Below are positions 18,182-27,839 of a stretch of 64,000 nt of DNA, in pieces. Each line of letters starts with the position of its first letter. The stretch's first letter is position 1. The notes under the pieces were generated by a model. It was not told the DNA's origin. It searched no databases and was given only the letters and a program-made list of their open reading frames with translations. A program made the translations under genes and the position numbers. Origin of the DNA: Acidimicrobiia bacterium (GTDB lineage Bacteria; Actinomycetota; Acidimicrobiia; Spongiisociales; ZC4RG35); NCBI GenBank assembly GCA_036556085.1, contig DATBKE010000123.1, forward strand, positions 6,171 to 70,170, given 5' to 3'.

Positions 18182-18688
18182 ATGGTCGTGAAGGTTGCTA
18201 TGACGGTCAACGGTCGCACGGTGGGAGGGGAGATCGAAGCCCGCACTCTGCTCGTTCACTACATACGTGAGAACCTCAACCTCACCGGCACGCATATTGG
18301 GTGCGAGACCAGCTATTGCGGGGCCTGCACGGTGATGATGGATGGCCGGCCCGTCAAGTCCTGCACGGTGCTGGCGGTGGCTGCCGACGGCGCCGAGATC
18401 ATGACCATCGAGGGCCTGGCCCAAGACGGTCAGCTTCACCCGGTGCAGGAAGGATTTTGGGAGCGACACGGCCTTCAATGCGGCTACTGCACGCCGGGAA
18501 TGATCATGGCGGCAGTCGGTCTGCTCCAACAGAACAACAACCCGAGCGAGGACGAGATCCGCCACGGAATCGAAGGCAATCTCTGTCGGTGTACCGGCTA
18601 TCACAACATCGTCAAGGCGATTGAGTACGCCGGGGCGAAGATGCGCGGCGAAGAGCCAGCACCGGCGGAATGGGAGGTGTCGGCATGA
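18182..18688 (+). CDS. coxS: (2Fe-2S)-binding small subunit of a xanthine dehydrogenase/CO dehydrogenase-family molybdoenzyme
   Basis: [18 protein letters not shown] and CGYCTPG...CRCTGY cluster motifs. The track ORF from 17885 was trimmed. Confidence 0.9.
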   Translation: MVVKVAMTVNGRTVGGEIEARTLLVHYIRENLNLTGTHIGCETSYCGACTVMMDGRPVKSCTVLAVAADGAEIMTIEGLAQDGQLHPVQEGFWERHGLQCGYCTPGMIMAAVGLLQQNNNPSEDEIRHGIEGNLCRCTGYHNIVKAIEYAGAKMRGEEPAPAEWEVSA

Positions 18689-21075
18689 GCACCACGAGTG
18701 TCCTGGGAGGGGCGATCCGCCGCCGTGAGGACCCGGCGCTGATCAGGGGCCGAGGCCGTTACGTCGACGACATCAAGCTGGCCAACGCGGCTCATGTCGC
18801 CTTTGTGAGAAGCCCGTATGCCCATGCCAGAGTCAATTCAATCGATACCGCCGAGGCCGAGAAGATGCCGGGCGTGGCCGCGGTCTACACCATCGATGAC
18901 GTTCGTCATCTCGGTCCACTGCTGGCACAGGTGGCGGTGGGCAAGCTGAGACCGCTATTGGCTGATGGCATGGTCAACCACGTCGGCGAGGCGGTGGCAA
19001 TGGTGGTAGCCGACAATCGTTATCAGGCACAGGACGCCGCCGACGCGGTGATCGTCGACTACGACCCACTGCCGGCGATCGTCGATCTGAAGGAAGCCGC
19101 CGCTGACAGGTCAAAGGTGCACGACGACCTCGATTCGAACGTACTGATCACTTGGGAGGGAGGCCCCTGGGGCAACGAGGAGGGAATTGCCGCTACCCGC
19201 CAGACGATCGCTGATGCCAAAAAGCAAGATGACGTGGTGGTCGTCAGCCAGGAGATGATCAACCAACGGCTCATCCCGACCGCGATCGAGCCGAGGGCGG
19301 TCGCCGTCGATTGGAACGAGGGCTATGGCCGCTTCACGGTCTACTCCTCGACCCAGATCCCCCACGCCCTGGCCGGCGCCATTGCCAAGACCTTTGGTCT
19401 CGCCACCAACTCGGTCGACGTCACCGCGCCCGAGGTGGGCGGGGGCTTCGGCGCCAAGCTCAATATCTACGCCGACGAGATCCTGACCGCCTTTGCCTCG
19501 ATGCAGCTCAACCGGCCGGTGAAATACACCGAGTCCCGGCGGGAATCGCCCAACAACACCATCCAGGGCCGGGGCTGGGTCGCCACCGCCACCATCACAG
19601 GCACCAAAGGCGGGGAGATTCTCGGCTTCGAACTCGACGGTCTGGCGGACATGGGCGCCTACACGATGAACTTCACGGTCGCCATTCCCTTCCTGGGCAC
19701 GTTTGTCGGCGCCGGTCAGTACAAGTTTCCGACCCATTGGAAGATCGCCTGTGTGACTACTCACACGATGACCACCGATGCCTATCGCGGTGCCGGCCGG
19801 CCCGAAGCGATGTATTACCTGGAGCGGATTGTCGACGCCTACGCCCGCGAGATCGGGATGGATCCGGCCGAAGTCCGGATTAAGAACTTCATACCAGCTG
19901 ACTCGTTCCCGAACGCCACCTCGCCGATCGGCTTCACCCACGACACCGGCGAGTACCAAAAGAATCTGGAGGCGCTGGTGGCAACGGCGGAATACGCCGA
20001 GATGAAGAAGGAGCGGGACCAGGCTCGCAGCCAGGGCCGCCACGTCGGTCTCGGTCTTTCCAGCTATGTGGAAGTGTGCGGTTTCGGACCCTCCGCCCTA
20101 GCCGGCCTGGGCTTCTCGTGGGCAACCTACGGCCTGCCTGCAGCCTTCTCAGGATCGGGTCTGGTGCGGATCAACCCCGATGCCAGCGCCACCGTGATCA
20201 TCGGCACGGGGCCCTCTGGTCAGGGACACCAGACCGCCTGGGCGCAGCTGGTGTCCGACCAGCTCGGCCTCGACTATGACAAGGTCCGGGTCAGCCACGG
20301 TATGACCACCGAGTCGCCGATGGGCATCGGTACGTTCGGTTCGCGGTCAGCCGCAGTGGATGGTTCGGCTGCTTACGAGGCGGCGTTGAAGGTCAAGGCC
20401 AAAGCCGCGCAGATCGCCGCCCACATCCTCGAAGCATCGGCCGACGACATCGAGTTCGGCGGCGGCGCTGCCCACGTGGCGGGATCTCCCGACAAGTCGG
20501 TGACCTGGGAGGAGATCGTCACTCGGGCCTATCAGCCTCACCAGCTCCCCGAGGGCATGGAGGGAGGATTGGAGGCGCAGTCGGTTTTCAGTCCCGCCAA
20601 TGCCACATGGCCCTTCGGTGCCCACGCCGCCCTGGTGGAAGTCGATCCCGAGACCGGCGACACCAGACTCCTGCGGTACGTGACGATGGACGACTGCGGC
20701 AACGTCATCAACCCGATGATCGTCAATGGCCAACTCCACGGAGGATTGGTACAGGGAATCGCCCAGGCGATGATGGAGGACGCCATCTACGACTCTGAGG
20801 GCAACCTCTTGACTGGCTCCCTGGTGGACTATCCACTCCCCACCGCTACCGATGTCCCGCTCTTCGAGCTGCACCGCACGGTGACGCCTTCCAACGTCAA
20901 TCCCCTGGGGGTGAAAGGAGTCGGGGAGGCAGGCACCATCGGGTCGGCGCAGACGATTGTCAATGCCGCGGTCGACGCCCTCTACGACCTGGGAGTGAGG
21001 CACATCGACATGCCGTTGCGATCTCGTCGGGTCTGGCAAGCCATCCAGGAAGCTAGCAACGGGGCAAGGAGCTAA
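18685..21075 (+). CDS. coxL: molybdopterin-binding large subunit, form II CoxL-like (AYRGAGR active-site loop)
   Basis: ATGA overlap with the coxS stop, preceded by a GGAGG SD. ...[14 protein letters not shown]... carries the form II signature rather than the form I AYxCSFR. Confidence 0.9.
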   Translation: MSTTSVLGGAIRRREDPALIRGRGRYVDDIKLANAAHVAFVRSPYAHARVNSIDTAEAEKMPGVAAVYTIDDVRHLGPLLAQVAVGKLRPLLADGMVNHVGEAVAMVVADNRYQAQDAADAVIVDYDPLPAIVDLKEAAADRSKVHDDLDSNVLITWEGGPWGNEEGIAATRQTIADAKKQDDVVVVSQEMINQRLIPTAIEPRAVAVDWNEGYGRFTVYSSTQIPHALAGAIAKTFGLATNSVDVTAPEVGGGFGAKLNIYADEILTAFASMQLNRPVKYTESRRESPNNTIQGRGWVATATITGTKGGEILGFELDGLADMGAYTMNFTVAIPFLGTFVGAGQYKFPTHWKIACVTTHTMTTDAYRGAGRPEAMYYLERIVDAYAREIGMDPAEVRIKNFIPADSFPNATSPIGFTHDTGEYQKNLEALVATAEYAEMKKERDQARSQGRHVGLGLSSYVEVCGFGPSALAGLGFSWATYGLPAAFSGSGLVRINPDASATVIIGTGPSGQGHQTAWAQLVSDQLGLDYDKVRVSHGMTTESPMGIGTFGSRSAAVDGSAAYEAALKVKAKAAQIAAHILEASADDIEFGGGAAHVAGSPDKSVTWEEIVTRAYQPHQLPEGMEGGLEAQSVFSPANATWPFGAHAALVEVDPETGDTRLLRYVTMDDCGNVINPMIVNGQLHGGLVQGIAQAMMEDAIYDSEGNLLTGSLVDYPLPTATDVPLFELHRTVTPSNVNPLGVKGVGEAGTIGSAQTIVNAAVDALYDLGVRHIDMPLRSRRVWQAIQEASNGARS

Positions 21076-21077
21076 TT

Positions 21078-21920
21078 GTGTTCCCAAGAGCATTCGAATA
21101 TGTGGCCCCCGCTTCGATCGAAGAGGCGGTGACGGCCCTGAAGGGATCCGAGTTCGCCAAAGTGATGTCGGGGGGCATGAGTCTCTTACCGTTGATGAAG
21201 CTGCGGCTCGTTTCGCCCGAGTTGGTGGTTGACATCGGCCGTATCTCTGGTCTCGATTCCATCGACGATCAAGGAGACATGGTGTCGATCGGCGCATTGG
21301 TGCGTCACTACCAGACGGCGGAAGCTCAGAACGTGCCCCGGGCTCTCGCGCAAGCAGCCTGCTATACCGGCGACGTCCAGGTGCGTAACCGAGGCACGAC
21401 TGTCGGGGCGGTGGTTCACGGCGACCTGGCAGCCGACCAACCCTCGGCCGTGCTGGCCCTCGGTGGTGTGATCGTTGCCCAGGGCCCCAACGGCACCAGA
21501 GAGATTGCCGCCGATGATTTTTTCGTCGACGCCCTTACAACCGCGGTCGCGCCCGACGAGGTCGTGACCGCCATCAAAGTCCGGAAGGGTGGCATGTCGG
21601 CGTACGACAAGCTGGGCCGGCGCGGTGGGCGCACCGACTATGCCGTGGCGGGCGCCGCGGCCTGGATTCAAAAGGACGACGGGTCGATCTCCGACGCCCG
21701 GGTGGCCCTGACCGGTGTCGCCGCCAAGCCGACGCTGGCCACCGCCACCGCCCAGGCTCTGATAGGGACCGACGGCTCCGACAAGGCAATCGCAGAAGCG
21801 GCGGCCAAAGCCGCGGATGGCGTGACGATTCTCGAGGATCTCTATGGCTCCGTGGAATACAAAACCCACCTGGCCGGGGTCTTCGCCAAGCGAGCCATCA
21901 AAAGGGCTCTTACCGGCTAA
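21078..21920 (+). CDS. coxM: FAD-binding medium subunit (CoxM/CutM-like)
   Basis: FEYVAPASIEEAVTAL...VMSGGMSLLPLMKLRL is a typical FAD_binding_5 N-terminus. 280 aa. Confidence 0.9.
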   Translation: MFPRAFEYVAPASIEEAVTALKGSEFAKVMSGGMSLLPLMKLRLVSPELVVDIGRISGLDSIDDQGDMVSIGALVRHYQTAEAQNVPRALAQAACYTGDVQVRNRGTTVGAVVHGDLAADQPSAVLALGGVIVAQGPNGTREIAADDFFVDALTTAVAPDEVVTAIKVRKGGMSAYDKLGRRGGRTDYAVAGAAAWIQKDDGSISDARVALTGVAAKPTLATATAQALIGTDGSDKAIAEAAAKAADGVTILEDLYGSVEYKTHLAGVFAKRAIKRALTG

Positions 21921-21936
21921 CCCGTAGACTTCGGGA

Positions 21937-22818
21937 GTGGTCCCCGAATCCGTCGAAGCGGTTGTGGCCGCGTTCGCCCGCACCGGCTACGTAGCCGATC
22001 GTGGCCTGGCGGTCACGACGTTTCTCGGCTTGCGCCTGGGTCGACCTCTCTTTCTCGAGGGCGAAGCCGGCGTTGGTAAGACGGAAGTAGCCAAGGTTCT
22101 GGCGGAGGTATTGGAGACCGACCTCATCCGTCTCCAGTGCTATGAGGGCCTCGATGCCAGCCAGGCTCTCTACGAGTGGGATTACGCCCGCCAAATGCTG
22201 GCGATTCGCCTGATCGAGGCTCGAGGTGAGGGTGGCGAAGCCGATGTATCAGACATCATGAGCCGGGAGTATCTCCGACCGCGACCTCTTCTGCAGGCGA
22301 TCGAGGCCTCCGCCCTTGGCAAGAGCCCGGTCTTGCTGATCGACGAGCTCGATCGGGCCGATGAGGAATTCGAGGCTTACTTGCTCGAGCTGCTCTCGGA
22401 CTTTCAGGTGACGCTGCCCGAGATCGGCACCATTCGAGCCGAAGAGCCGCCGGTGGTGGTGATCACCTCGAACCGCACCCGCGAGATACACGATGCTCTC
22501 AAGCGCCGCTGCCTTTATCACTGGCTCGATTACCCGTCAGTGGAGCGGGAAGTGGAGATCCTCCGTGCCCGGATGCCGGGCGTGGATGAAGCCCTCGCCC
22601 GACAGCTGGCGATGGCGATGGCGGACCTGCGCGCCCTGGATCTGTTCAAGCCTCCCGGCGTGGCGGAAACGCTGGATTGGGCCGCGGCCCTCAAAGTCCT
22701 CGCCGCCAGGCGTCTCAATCCGACCACGATCGACGAGAGCCTGGGGACGGTGTTGAAGTACCGCGAGGACATCGAGCGGGTTCGTGATCACGGACTGGAA
22801 GCCTTGGTGCACGAATGA
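21937..22818 (+). CDS. MoxR-family AAA+ ATPase (CoxD-like)
   Basis: Walker A GEAGVGKT, Walker B LLIDELDRA. ~290 aa MoxR size. Confidence 0.85.
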   Translation: MVPESVEAVVAAFARTGYVADRGLAVTTFLGLRLGRPLFLEGEAGVGKTEVAKVLAEVLETDLIRLQCYEGLDASQALYEWDYARQMLAIRLIEARGEGGEADVSDIMSREYLRPRPLLQAIEASALGKSPVLLIDELDRADEEFEAYLLELLSDFQVTLPEIGTIRAEEPPVVVITSNRTREIHDALKRRCLYHWLDYPSVEREVEILRARMPGVDEALARQLAMAMADLRALDLFKPPGVAETLDWAAALKVLAARRLNPTTIDESLGTVLKYREDIERVRDHGLEALVHE

Positions 22819-24032
22819 GAGCCTTCCGTTGCCTGGTTGTACTGGGTCTGTTCCTTTCGAGCCTTCCGGCGGCCGCTCAAGAACCGGTTGAGGTTTCGCC
22901 TCAACCGGCGTTGTTGCAGGTGCGGGAAAGTGGTGGCCTCAGCCCGCAGACGATTGGCATCGTGTCAGGCGCAGCTGCAGTGAATGGAGCTGCAGTGAGT
23001 GTTCTCGACCGTGTCACCCTTCGTCTGTGGTCGCTACGACGAGGCGAGAGCTTCGTTCAGTTGGCGCCCGCCGGCTTCGGCTATCCGCTTCTGACCGCGG
23101 CCATCGACCCCGCTGCGCCGATTGCGAGTGAGCCGGTGAGGATGGCGTTGGCCAGGGGTGAGGCAGTCCTCGGGGAGGTGAGTGCTGCCATCAGGGGCGC
23201 GGCGGTCGGGGACCTGCTCGATCTCGAGCCTTTGACCGGAGGAACTCTGACCCTTCCTATCGGGGCGATCGTTCCCGATGCCGAGATATTCAATTCCGAG
23301 CTCTTGGTCGGCAAGGCGATCGCACTACAACTCGGAGTCGACCGCCCATTTGCCATCGTCGCCTATGGGTCGGGGCTCGACCGCGTGGAGGCAGCTGTGC
23401 GGGGGAGCATCTTCGATCCTGCCGTCCGCATCGACGGATTGATCGACGATGGGCTCACCGACCCCGTTCTTTCGGTGGCTGAAGTGAAGTTCCGGTTTGG
23501 AGAGTTCGCTATTCGCTCCGCCGGTGGGGACCAGGTGGAAATCGACCCGGCATGGGTCGAGGCCAATATCGTCGACGTCGACCTGGCACCTCTCGGACTC
23601 TTTCGTTGCCACCGGCTCTTGGTTCCTTACCTACGGGGAGTCATCTCCGAGCTCGAACGCTCGAGCTTGCTCCAAATGCTCGATCCGGCCGACTTCCAAT
23701 TGGCCGGTGGTTGCTACAACCCCCGCTTCAATCGGGGTGCTGACCCCGGTTATTCATTGTCGCGGCACGCCTGGGGAATAGCGATTGACGTCAACCCGTC
23801 GACCAATCAGTACGGAGTTCCCCCGACGCTGCCGCTGGCCGTCGTCGAGGCGTTTCGTCGCTGGGGGTTCTCGTGGGGAGGCTCGTGGAGCACCCCGGAC
23901 GGAATGCATTTCGAGTGGCGTCAGCTGCCGCTGAGTTATTCGAGCAACTGTGCGGACCTCACGGTGTTGCCGCTTTATGCCGGCGGCCTCTGGTATTTGC
24001 GGCCGGCCGCGGGAGACTGCCGGCCGGGGTGA
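22815..24032 (+). CDS. secreted protein with a C-terminal M15 (VanY / D-Ala-D-Ala carboxypeptidase-like) zinc peptidase domain
   Basis: Signal peptide MRAFRCLVVLGLFLSSLPAAA|QE. C-terminus GGCYNPRF...SRHAWGIAIDVNP...WGFSWGGSW.TPDGMHFEW supplies H, D, H zinc-ligand context. ATGA overlap upstream and GTGA overlap downstream. Confidence 0.7.
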   Translation: MRAFRCLVVLGLFLSSLPAAAQEPVEVSPQPALLQVRESGGLSPQTIGIVSGAAAVNGAAVSVLDRVTLRLWSLRRGESFVQLAPAGFGYPLLTAAIDPAAPIASEPVRMALARGEAVLGEVSAAIRGAAVGDLLDLEPLTGGTLTLPIGAIVPDAEIFNSELLVGKAIALQLGVDRPFAIVAYGSGLDRVEAAVRGSIFDPAVRIDGLIDDGLTDPVLSVAEVKFRFGEFAIRSAGGDQVEIDPAWVEANIVDVDLAPLGLFRCHRLLVPYLRGVISELERSSLLQMLDPADFQLAGGCYNPRFNRGADPGYSLSRHAWGIAIDVNPSTNQYGVPPTLPLAVVEAFRRWGFSWGGSWSTPDGMHFEWRQLPLSYSSNCADLTVLPLYAGGLWYLRPAAGDCRPG

Positions 24033-25177
24033 GCGCCGCCGCCAGTCTCGAAGTGCTGGTGAGATTCGTCAGCCGACTCCGTCACGAGGGAATTCCGGTG
24101 CCGGCGGGAACCACGGCGGAGGTAGTGCGAGCAATCGACGTTGTCGGCCTGGCTGCGCCCGGCGATGTTTTTTACGCTCTGAGAGCGGTCTGCTGCACCG
24201 ACGCCAATCAGTATCAGGTCTTCGCCCGCGTCTTTATGGAGTTCTTCCGGGAAGAAGCGGTGCCGGTGATCCTGAATGTCTCTCCCAAGACTCGTTCCTG
24301 GTCGATCAAAAGCCCCGGCGAGGGTCTATCCGAAGAGACGGAGGGGGAGGAGAGCCGCCTCCGTACCGCCGGGGCATCGGTGATCGAACGGCTCCGACAG
24401 CGCGACTTCGCCACCCTGACTGCGAGGGAAGTGGCCGAGATCAGGTCCCTCATCGACTCGATGGTGTGGGCTCCGGCTCAAGCACGGAGTCGGCGTCAGC
24501 GCCCGGCTCTCCATCGAGGCCGACCCGATCTGCGGCGATCGCTTCACCGAACGGTGGGCCCGGAAGCGGACTTGATGAAACTCGAGTTCGTGGAGCGAAA
24601 ACCCCGTCGCCGGCCCCTCATTTTCATTGCCGACGTCTCCGGCTCGATGGAGCGCTACACGGAGATGCTCCTCTATTTCGCCCATGCTGCCCGCGGTCGT
24701 CTGGGCCGATTGGAGGCCTTCGTCTTCGCCACCCACCTGACGAGAATCACTCGACAGCTCGAGCGGCGCGACCCTTCAATCGCCATCGCCGAGGTGGCCG
24801 GCACCGTGAGTGACTGGTCGAGCGGTACTCGCATCGGAGAGGCCATCGCCTCGTTCAACCGGGATTGGTCGCGTCGGGTTGGTCGGGGCGGCCCCGTGGC
24901 CGTCATCATCTCCGACGGCTGGGATCGAGGCGATCCGGGTGTGCTGGCCCACGAGATGGCGCGTCTTCATCGCAGCGTGCATCGGGTGATCTGGCTGAAC
25001 CCGCTCGCCGGCCGCCCGGCCTATGCCCCCTTGACCCGGGGGATGAAAGCCGCGCTTCCATATGTTGACGATTTTTTGCCGGTGACGAACTTTTCCAATC
25101 TCGAAACGGTGGTGGCGGTGCTGGAGTCGATATCGAGCCACACCCGCCCGATTCCGCAGGTGGCCATCCATGATTGA
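24029..25177 (+). CDS. VWA domain protein (CoxE-like)
   Basis: GTG 24029 overlaps the M15 stop. MIDAS motif IFIADVSGSM (DxSxS). The track ORF from 23873 was trimmed. Confidence 0.8.
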   Translation: MSAAASLEVLVRFVSRLRHEGIPVPAGTTAEVVRAIDVVGLAAPGDVFYALRAVCCTDANQYQVFARVFMEFFREEAVPVILNVSPKTRSWSIKSPGEGLSEETEGEESRLRTAGASVIERLRQRDFATLTAREVAEIRSLIDSMVWAPAQARSRRQRPALHRGRPDLRRSLHRTVGPEADLMKLEFVERKPRRRPLIFIADVSGSMERYTEMLLYFAHAARGRLGRLEAFVFATHLTRITRQLERRDPSIAIAEVAGTVSDWSSGTRIGEAIASFNRDWSRRVGRGGPVAVIISDGWDRGDPGVLAHEMARLHRSVHRVIWLNPLAGRPAYAPLTRGMKAALPYVDDFLPVTNFSNLETVVAVLESISSHTRPIPQVAIHD

Positions 25178-26234
25178 GGAACTGCGCCGCCGGCGTTCCT
25201 GGCTGGACCAGGGAAAGAAGGTGGGAGTCGCCACCGTCGCTCGTGTATCCGGGTCGGCGCCGCGCCCAGTCGGGTCGCGATTCATGATTTCCTCGGCCGG
25301 GGAGATGGCAGGCTCGGTATCCGGAGGATGCGTGGAGAACGACGTCTTTCTCCGCCTGCAGAAGGTTCTCGATGACGAACGTCCCGAGTTGGTCGGGTAC
25401 GGGATCGCCGATGAGGACGCCTTTGAGGTGGGTCTGGCATGCGGTGGACGGATTCAGGTCTTTCTCGAGGACCAAAGTGCGAGCCCGGTGCTCGACGCAA
25501 TCGAGGAGCTAATCGAAGCAGACGGCTACGGCTCGTTGGTCACTGTGGTTGGAGGAGAGAGTGTGGGTCAGAGTGCACTCGTCGTCGATGGCCGGGTGAT
25601 GGTCGGAGCTATCCCTTCGGCCATAGAACCGAGCGTGATTGCGGACGCGGCGAAGCTGCTCGAACGGGGCATGAATCTGACACTCGAATACGGAGACCAC
25701 GAGGAGGCATACGTCGAGAGCATCGCCCCGGCTCCGCACATGCTCATTTTCGGAGCCGTCCATATCGCACAAGAACTGGTACCAATGGCTAAGCGAATCG
25801 GCTACCGCGTCACCGTCAGCGATGCTCGCCCCGCATTTCTCACTCGAGATCGGTTTCCAGATGCCGACCAACTCCTGCCTGGCTGGCCCGACCAGCTGGA
25901 CCTGGCCTTCGACCGGGGAACGGCGGTGGTGATCCTCAGCCATGACGCCCGCTTCGAGGATCCCCTTTGGCCTCAGGTCCTCCGAAGCGACGTCGCCTAC
26001 ATCGGGGCGATGGGGAGTTCGGGCACCACCCGGCGGCGACGCCAAAGGCTCCTCAACGCCGGATACGACGAGAGCTCGATCGACCGAATCCACGGCCCCA
26101 TCGGCAAGGACATTGGCGCGAGCACTCCGGCCGAGATCGCGGTGGCGATCCTGGCGGAGGTGATCGCCGCCACCCGGCGGCCCGGCGAGGAGCTCGCTCT
26201 GATTGGGAAGGCTCGCTACTTGCCGAGCGATTGA
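25170..26234 (+). CDS. XdhC/CoxI-family molybdenum-cofactor insertion chaperone
   Basis: N-terminus ...VGVATVARVSGSAPRPVGSRFMIS..GEMAGSVSGGCVE plus a C-terminal Rossmann-like half. Overlaps the upstream stop. Confidence 0.85.
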   Translation: MIEELRRRRSWLDQGKKVGVATVARVSGSAPRPVGSRFMISSAGEMAGSVSGGCVENDVFLRLQKVLDDERPELVGYGIADEDAFEVGLACGGRIQVFLEDQSASPVLDAIEELIEADGYGSLVTVVGGESVGQSALVVDGRVMVGAIPSAIEPSVIADAAKLLERGMNLTLEYGDHEEAYVESIAPAPHMLIFGAVHIAQELVPMAKRIGYRVTVSDARPAFLTRDRFPDADQLLPGWPDQLDLAFDRGTAVVILSHDARFEDPLWPQVLRSDVAYIGAMGSSGTTRRRRQRLLNAGYDESSIDRIHGPIGKDIGASTPAEIAVAILAEVIAATRRPGEELALIGKARYLPSD

Positions 26235-26252
26235 GGGGGTAGCGTCCGGCCC

Positions 26253-26840
26253 GTGATTGCGGCGCTGGTGCTGGCGGGAGGAGCTTCGCAGAGGCTTGGA
26301 CGGCCCAAGCAGATCGAGCCTTGGGGGGAGGGCACCCTCCTCGGCCATGTGCTGGCCGAAGTTTCCAAAGGCCCCTTCGACCATCGCTTCGTCGTTCTGG
26401 GTGCGGAGGCCGACCGCATTCTGGCTGGGATCGACTTCACCGATTGGGTTGTGGTCGAGAATCTCGAGTGGGAGAGCGGCATGTCCTCATCGCTCCGGGT
26501 GGGTCTCGACGCCATCTTGCGATTGACCCGGGCGGAGTCCGTCCTCATCTTCCTTGGCGACCAACCGGAGATCGACCAGGACGTCGTGCAAGCATTGCTT
26601 GATGCGCGGCGCCGGACGAAACGGCAGGTGATTGTTCCCAAGTACCGGTACGAGTGGGGGAACCCGGTATTGGTCGAAAGGCCACTTTGGGGTCGTCTTA
26701 TGAGCCTCGAAGGAGATGTCGGAGCCCAGCCGCTTTTCAAGGCTCATCCCGAATGGGTGGAGGAGGTGTGGTTCGAAGCACGACTCCCCCGCGACGTGGA
26801 TACCGCCGACGATATAGAGGACCTACGGCCCAAGCGGTGA
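26253..26840 (+). CDS. MobA/MocA-like nucleotidyltransferase (molybdenum cofactor cytidylyl/guanylyl-transferase)
   Basis: IAALVLAGGASQRLGRPKQ is the typical NTP_transf_3 N-terminus. GTG start. Confidence 0.8.
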   Translation: MIAALVLAGGASQRLGRPKQIEPWGEGTLLGHVLAEVSKGPFDHRFVVLGAEADRILAGIDFTDWVVVENLEWESGMSSSLRVGLDAILRLTRAESVLIFLGDQPEIDQDVVQALLDARRRTKRQVIVPKYRYEWGNPVLVERPLWGRLMSLEGDVGAQPLFKAHPEWVEEVWFEARLPRDVDTADDIEDLRPKR

Positions 26841-26856
26841 GCGCTGCGCTTCGATA

Positions 26857-26870
26857 AAGTCGATCGACTT
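26857..26870. promoter_or_regulatory. perfect 14-bp palindrome AAGTCGATCGACTT upstream of the DUF4332 gene
   Basis: Read directly from the sequence. Lies in the 55-bp gap between the mocA-like stop and GTG 26896. Confidence 0.3.
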
Positions 26871-26895
26871 CCCCGGCGGTGTGAAAAGGAGCTCT

Positions 26896-27297
26896 GTGGC
26901 CCGAATCGATGAGATCGCTGGCATCGACACGAAAGACGCCACCAAACTTCGCAAAGCAGGAATCCGTACTACTGAATCACTCTTGAAGAGAGCGGGCACC
27001 AAAGCCGGGCGCGATCAGGTGGCGGGGGATATGGGTTTCGAATCCGAGCAGGTGCTGCGATGGGCGCAGCGCGCCGACCTTATGAGGGTGAAGGGGATTG
27101 GATCCGAGTACGCCCTCTTGCTGGAAACGTGTGGGGTGTGGACGATCAAGGACCTTCGCCGCCGAAACGCGATTGCCTTGACGGCCAAGCTGGTCGACAC
27201 CAATGGACGCAAACAGATGGTTCGCCGCCTCCCCACCGAGGCGATGGTCGAAAGCTGGATCGAGGCGGCGACCCACCTCGATCCAGCAGTCAAGTAG
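26896..27297 (+). CDS. DUF4332 domain protein
   Basis: AAAGGAG SD 4-5 nt before GTG 26896. (V)ARIDEIAGIDTKDATKLRKAGIRT... and the second repeat LMRVKGIGSEYALLLETCGV resemble DUF4332 helix-hairpin-helix-like repeats. Confidence 0.7.
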   Translation: MARIDEIAGIDTKDATKLRKAGIRTTESLLKRAGTKAGRDQVAGDMGFESEQVLRWAQRADLMRVKGIGSEYALLLETCGVWTIKDLRRRNAIALTAKLVDTNGRKQMVRRLPTEAMVESWIEAATHLDPAVK

Positions 27298-27305
27298 CTC
27301 GGGGG

Positions 27306-27839
27306 TTAGCTAGCGGCAGCCACCTTCTTCTGCCCGCTCGTCTTGCGGGCGGCGGGCTTGCGGGCGGGCGCCTTCTTGGCCCCGCTGGCTTTCTTGGCCC
27401 CGGTGGCCTTCTTGGCGCCGCTGGTCTTCTTGGCTGCCGTGGACTTGCGAGCGGCAGGCTTCTTAGCCGGAATTGTCTCGAACTTCACGCCGTCGGATGA
27501 CGCTTCTGCCTTGATGGTGGGAAGCTTCTCGGGGCGAAAGGACGAGCGCCAGGTGGCAAGCAGGTCTTCGAGCTGATCGCGCAGCTTGTTGACCTGAGTG
27601 CTGACCTGATCGAAGTCGACCCGGCTGGCGAACTCGTCGACCACCTTGGCATCGGAGAGGCGGTTCCAGACCTTCTCACCTTCATTGGCCCACTTGTCCA
27701 TGCGAGTTTGGGCGTTCTTACCAAAGGAGTTGGCCTCCTTGTTCAGACGAGCCCGCACTTCCGTGGCCGCCTCCGACGCCATCCGAAGGGCGACTACCGG
27801 TGCACCGACGGCGGCGTAAAGGGCTCTCTTGGCTTTCAT
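27306..27839 (-). CDS. HbhA-like (heparin-binding hemagglutinin-like) protein with a Lys/Ala-rich repetitive C-terminus
   Basis: N-terminus KRALYAAVGAPVVAL..., a coiled-coil middle, and C-terminus AAKKTSGAKKATGAKKASGAKKAPARKPAARK. The architecture matches mycobacterial HbhA as I recall it. TAATG overlap with the XRE gene. Confidence 0.7.
   Translation of the reverse strand: MKAKRALYAAVGAPVVALRMASEAATEVRARLNKEANSFGKNAQTRMDKWANEGEKVWNRLSDAKVVDEFASRVDFDQVSTQVNKLRDQLEDLLATWRSSFRPEKLPTIKAEASSDGVKFETIPAKKPAARKSTAAKKTSGAKKATGAKKASGAKKAPARKPAARKTSGQKKVAAAS
27372..27443. repeat. 4 x 18-bp imperfect tandem repeat (coding, SGAKKA-type units)
   Basis: cttcttggccccgctggc / tttcttggccccggtggc / cttcttggcgccgctggt / cttcttggctgccgtgga, read directly from the sequence. 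Confidence 0.85.

Noticed and set aside
27372-27443. An 18-bp tandem repeat array, considered as a CRISPR-like or non-coding VNTR element.
   Set aside because: The units are contiguous with no spacers, in frame, and encode the Lys/Ala-rich tail of the HbhA-like protein.
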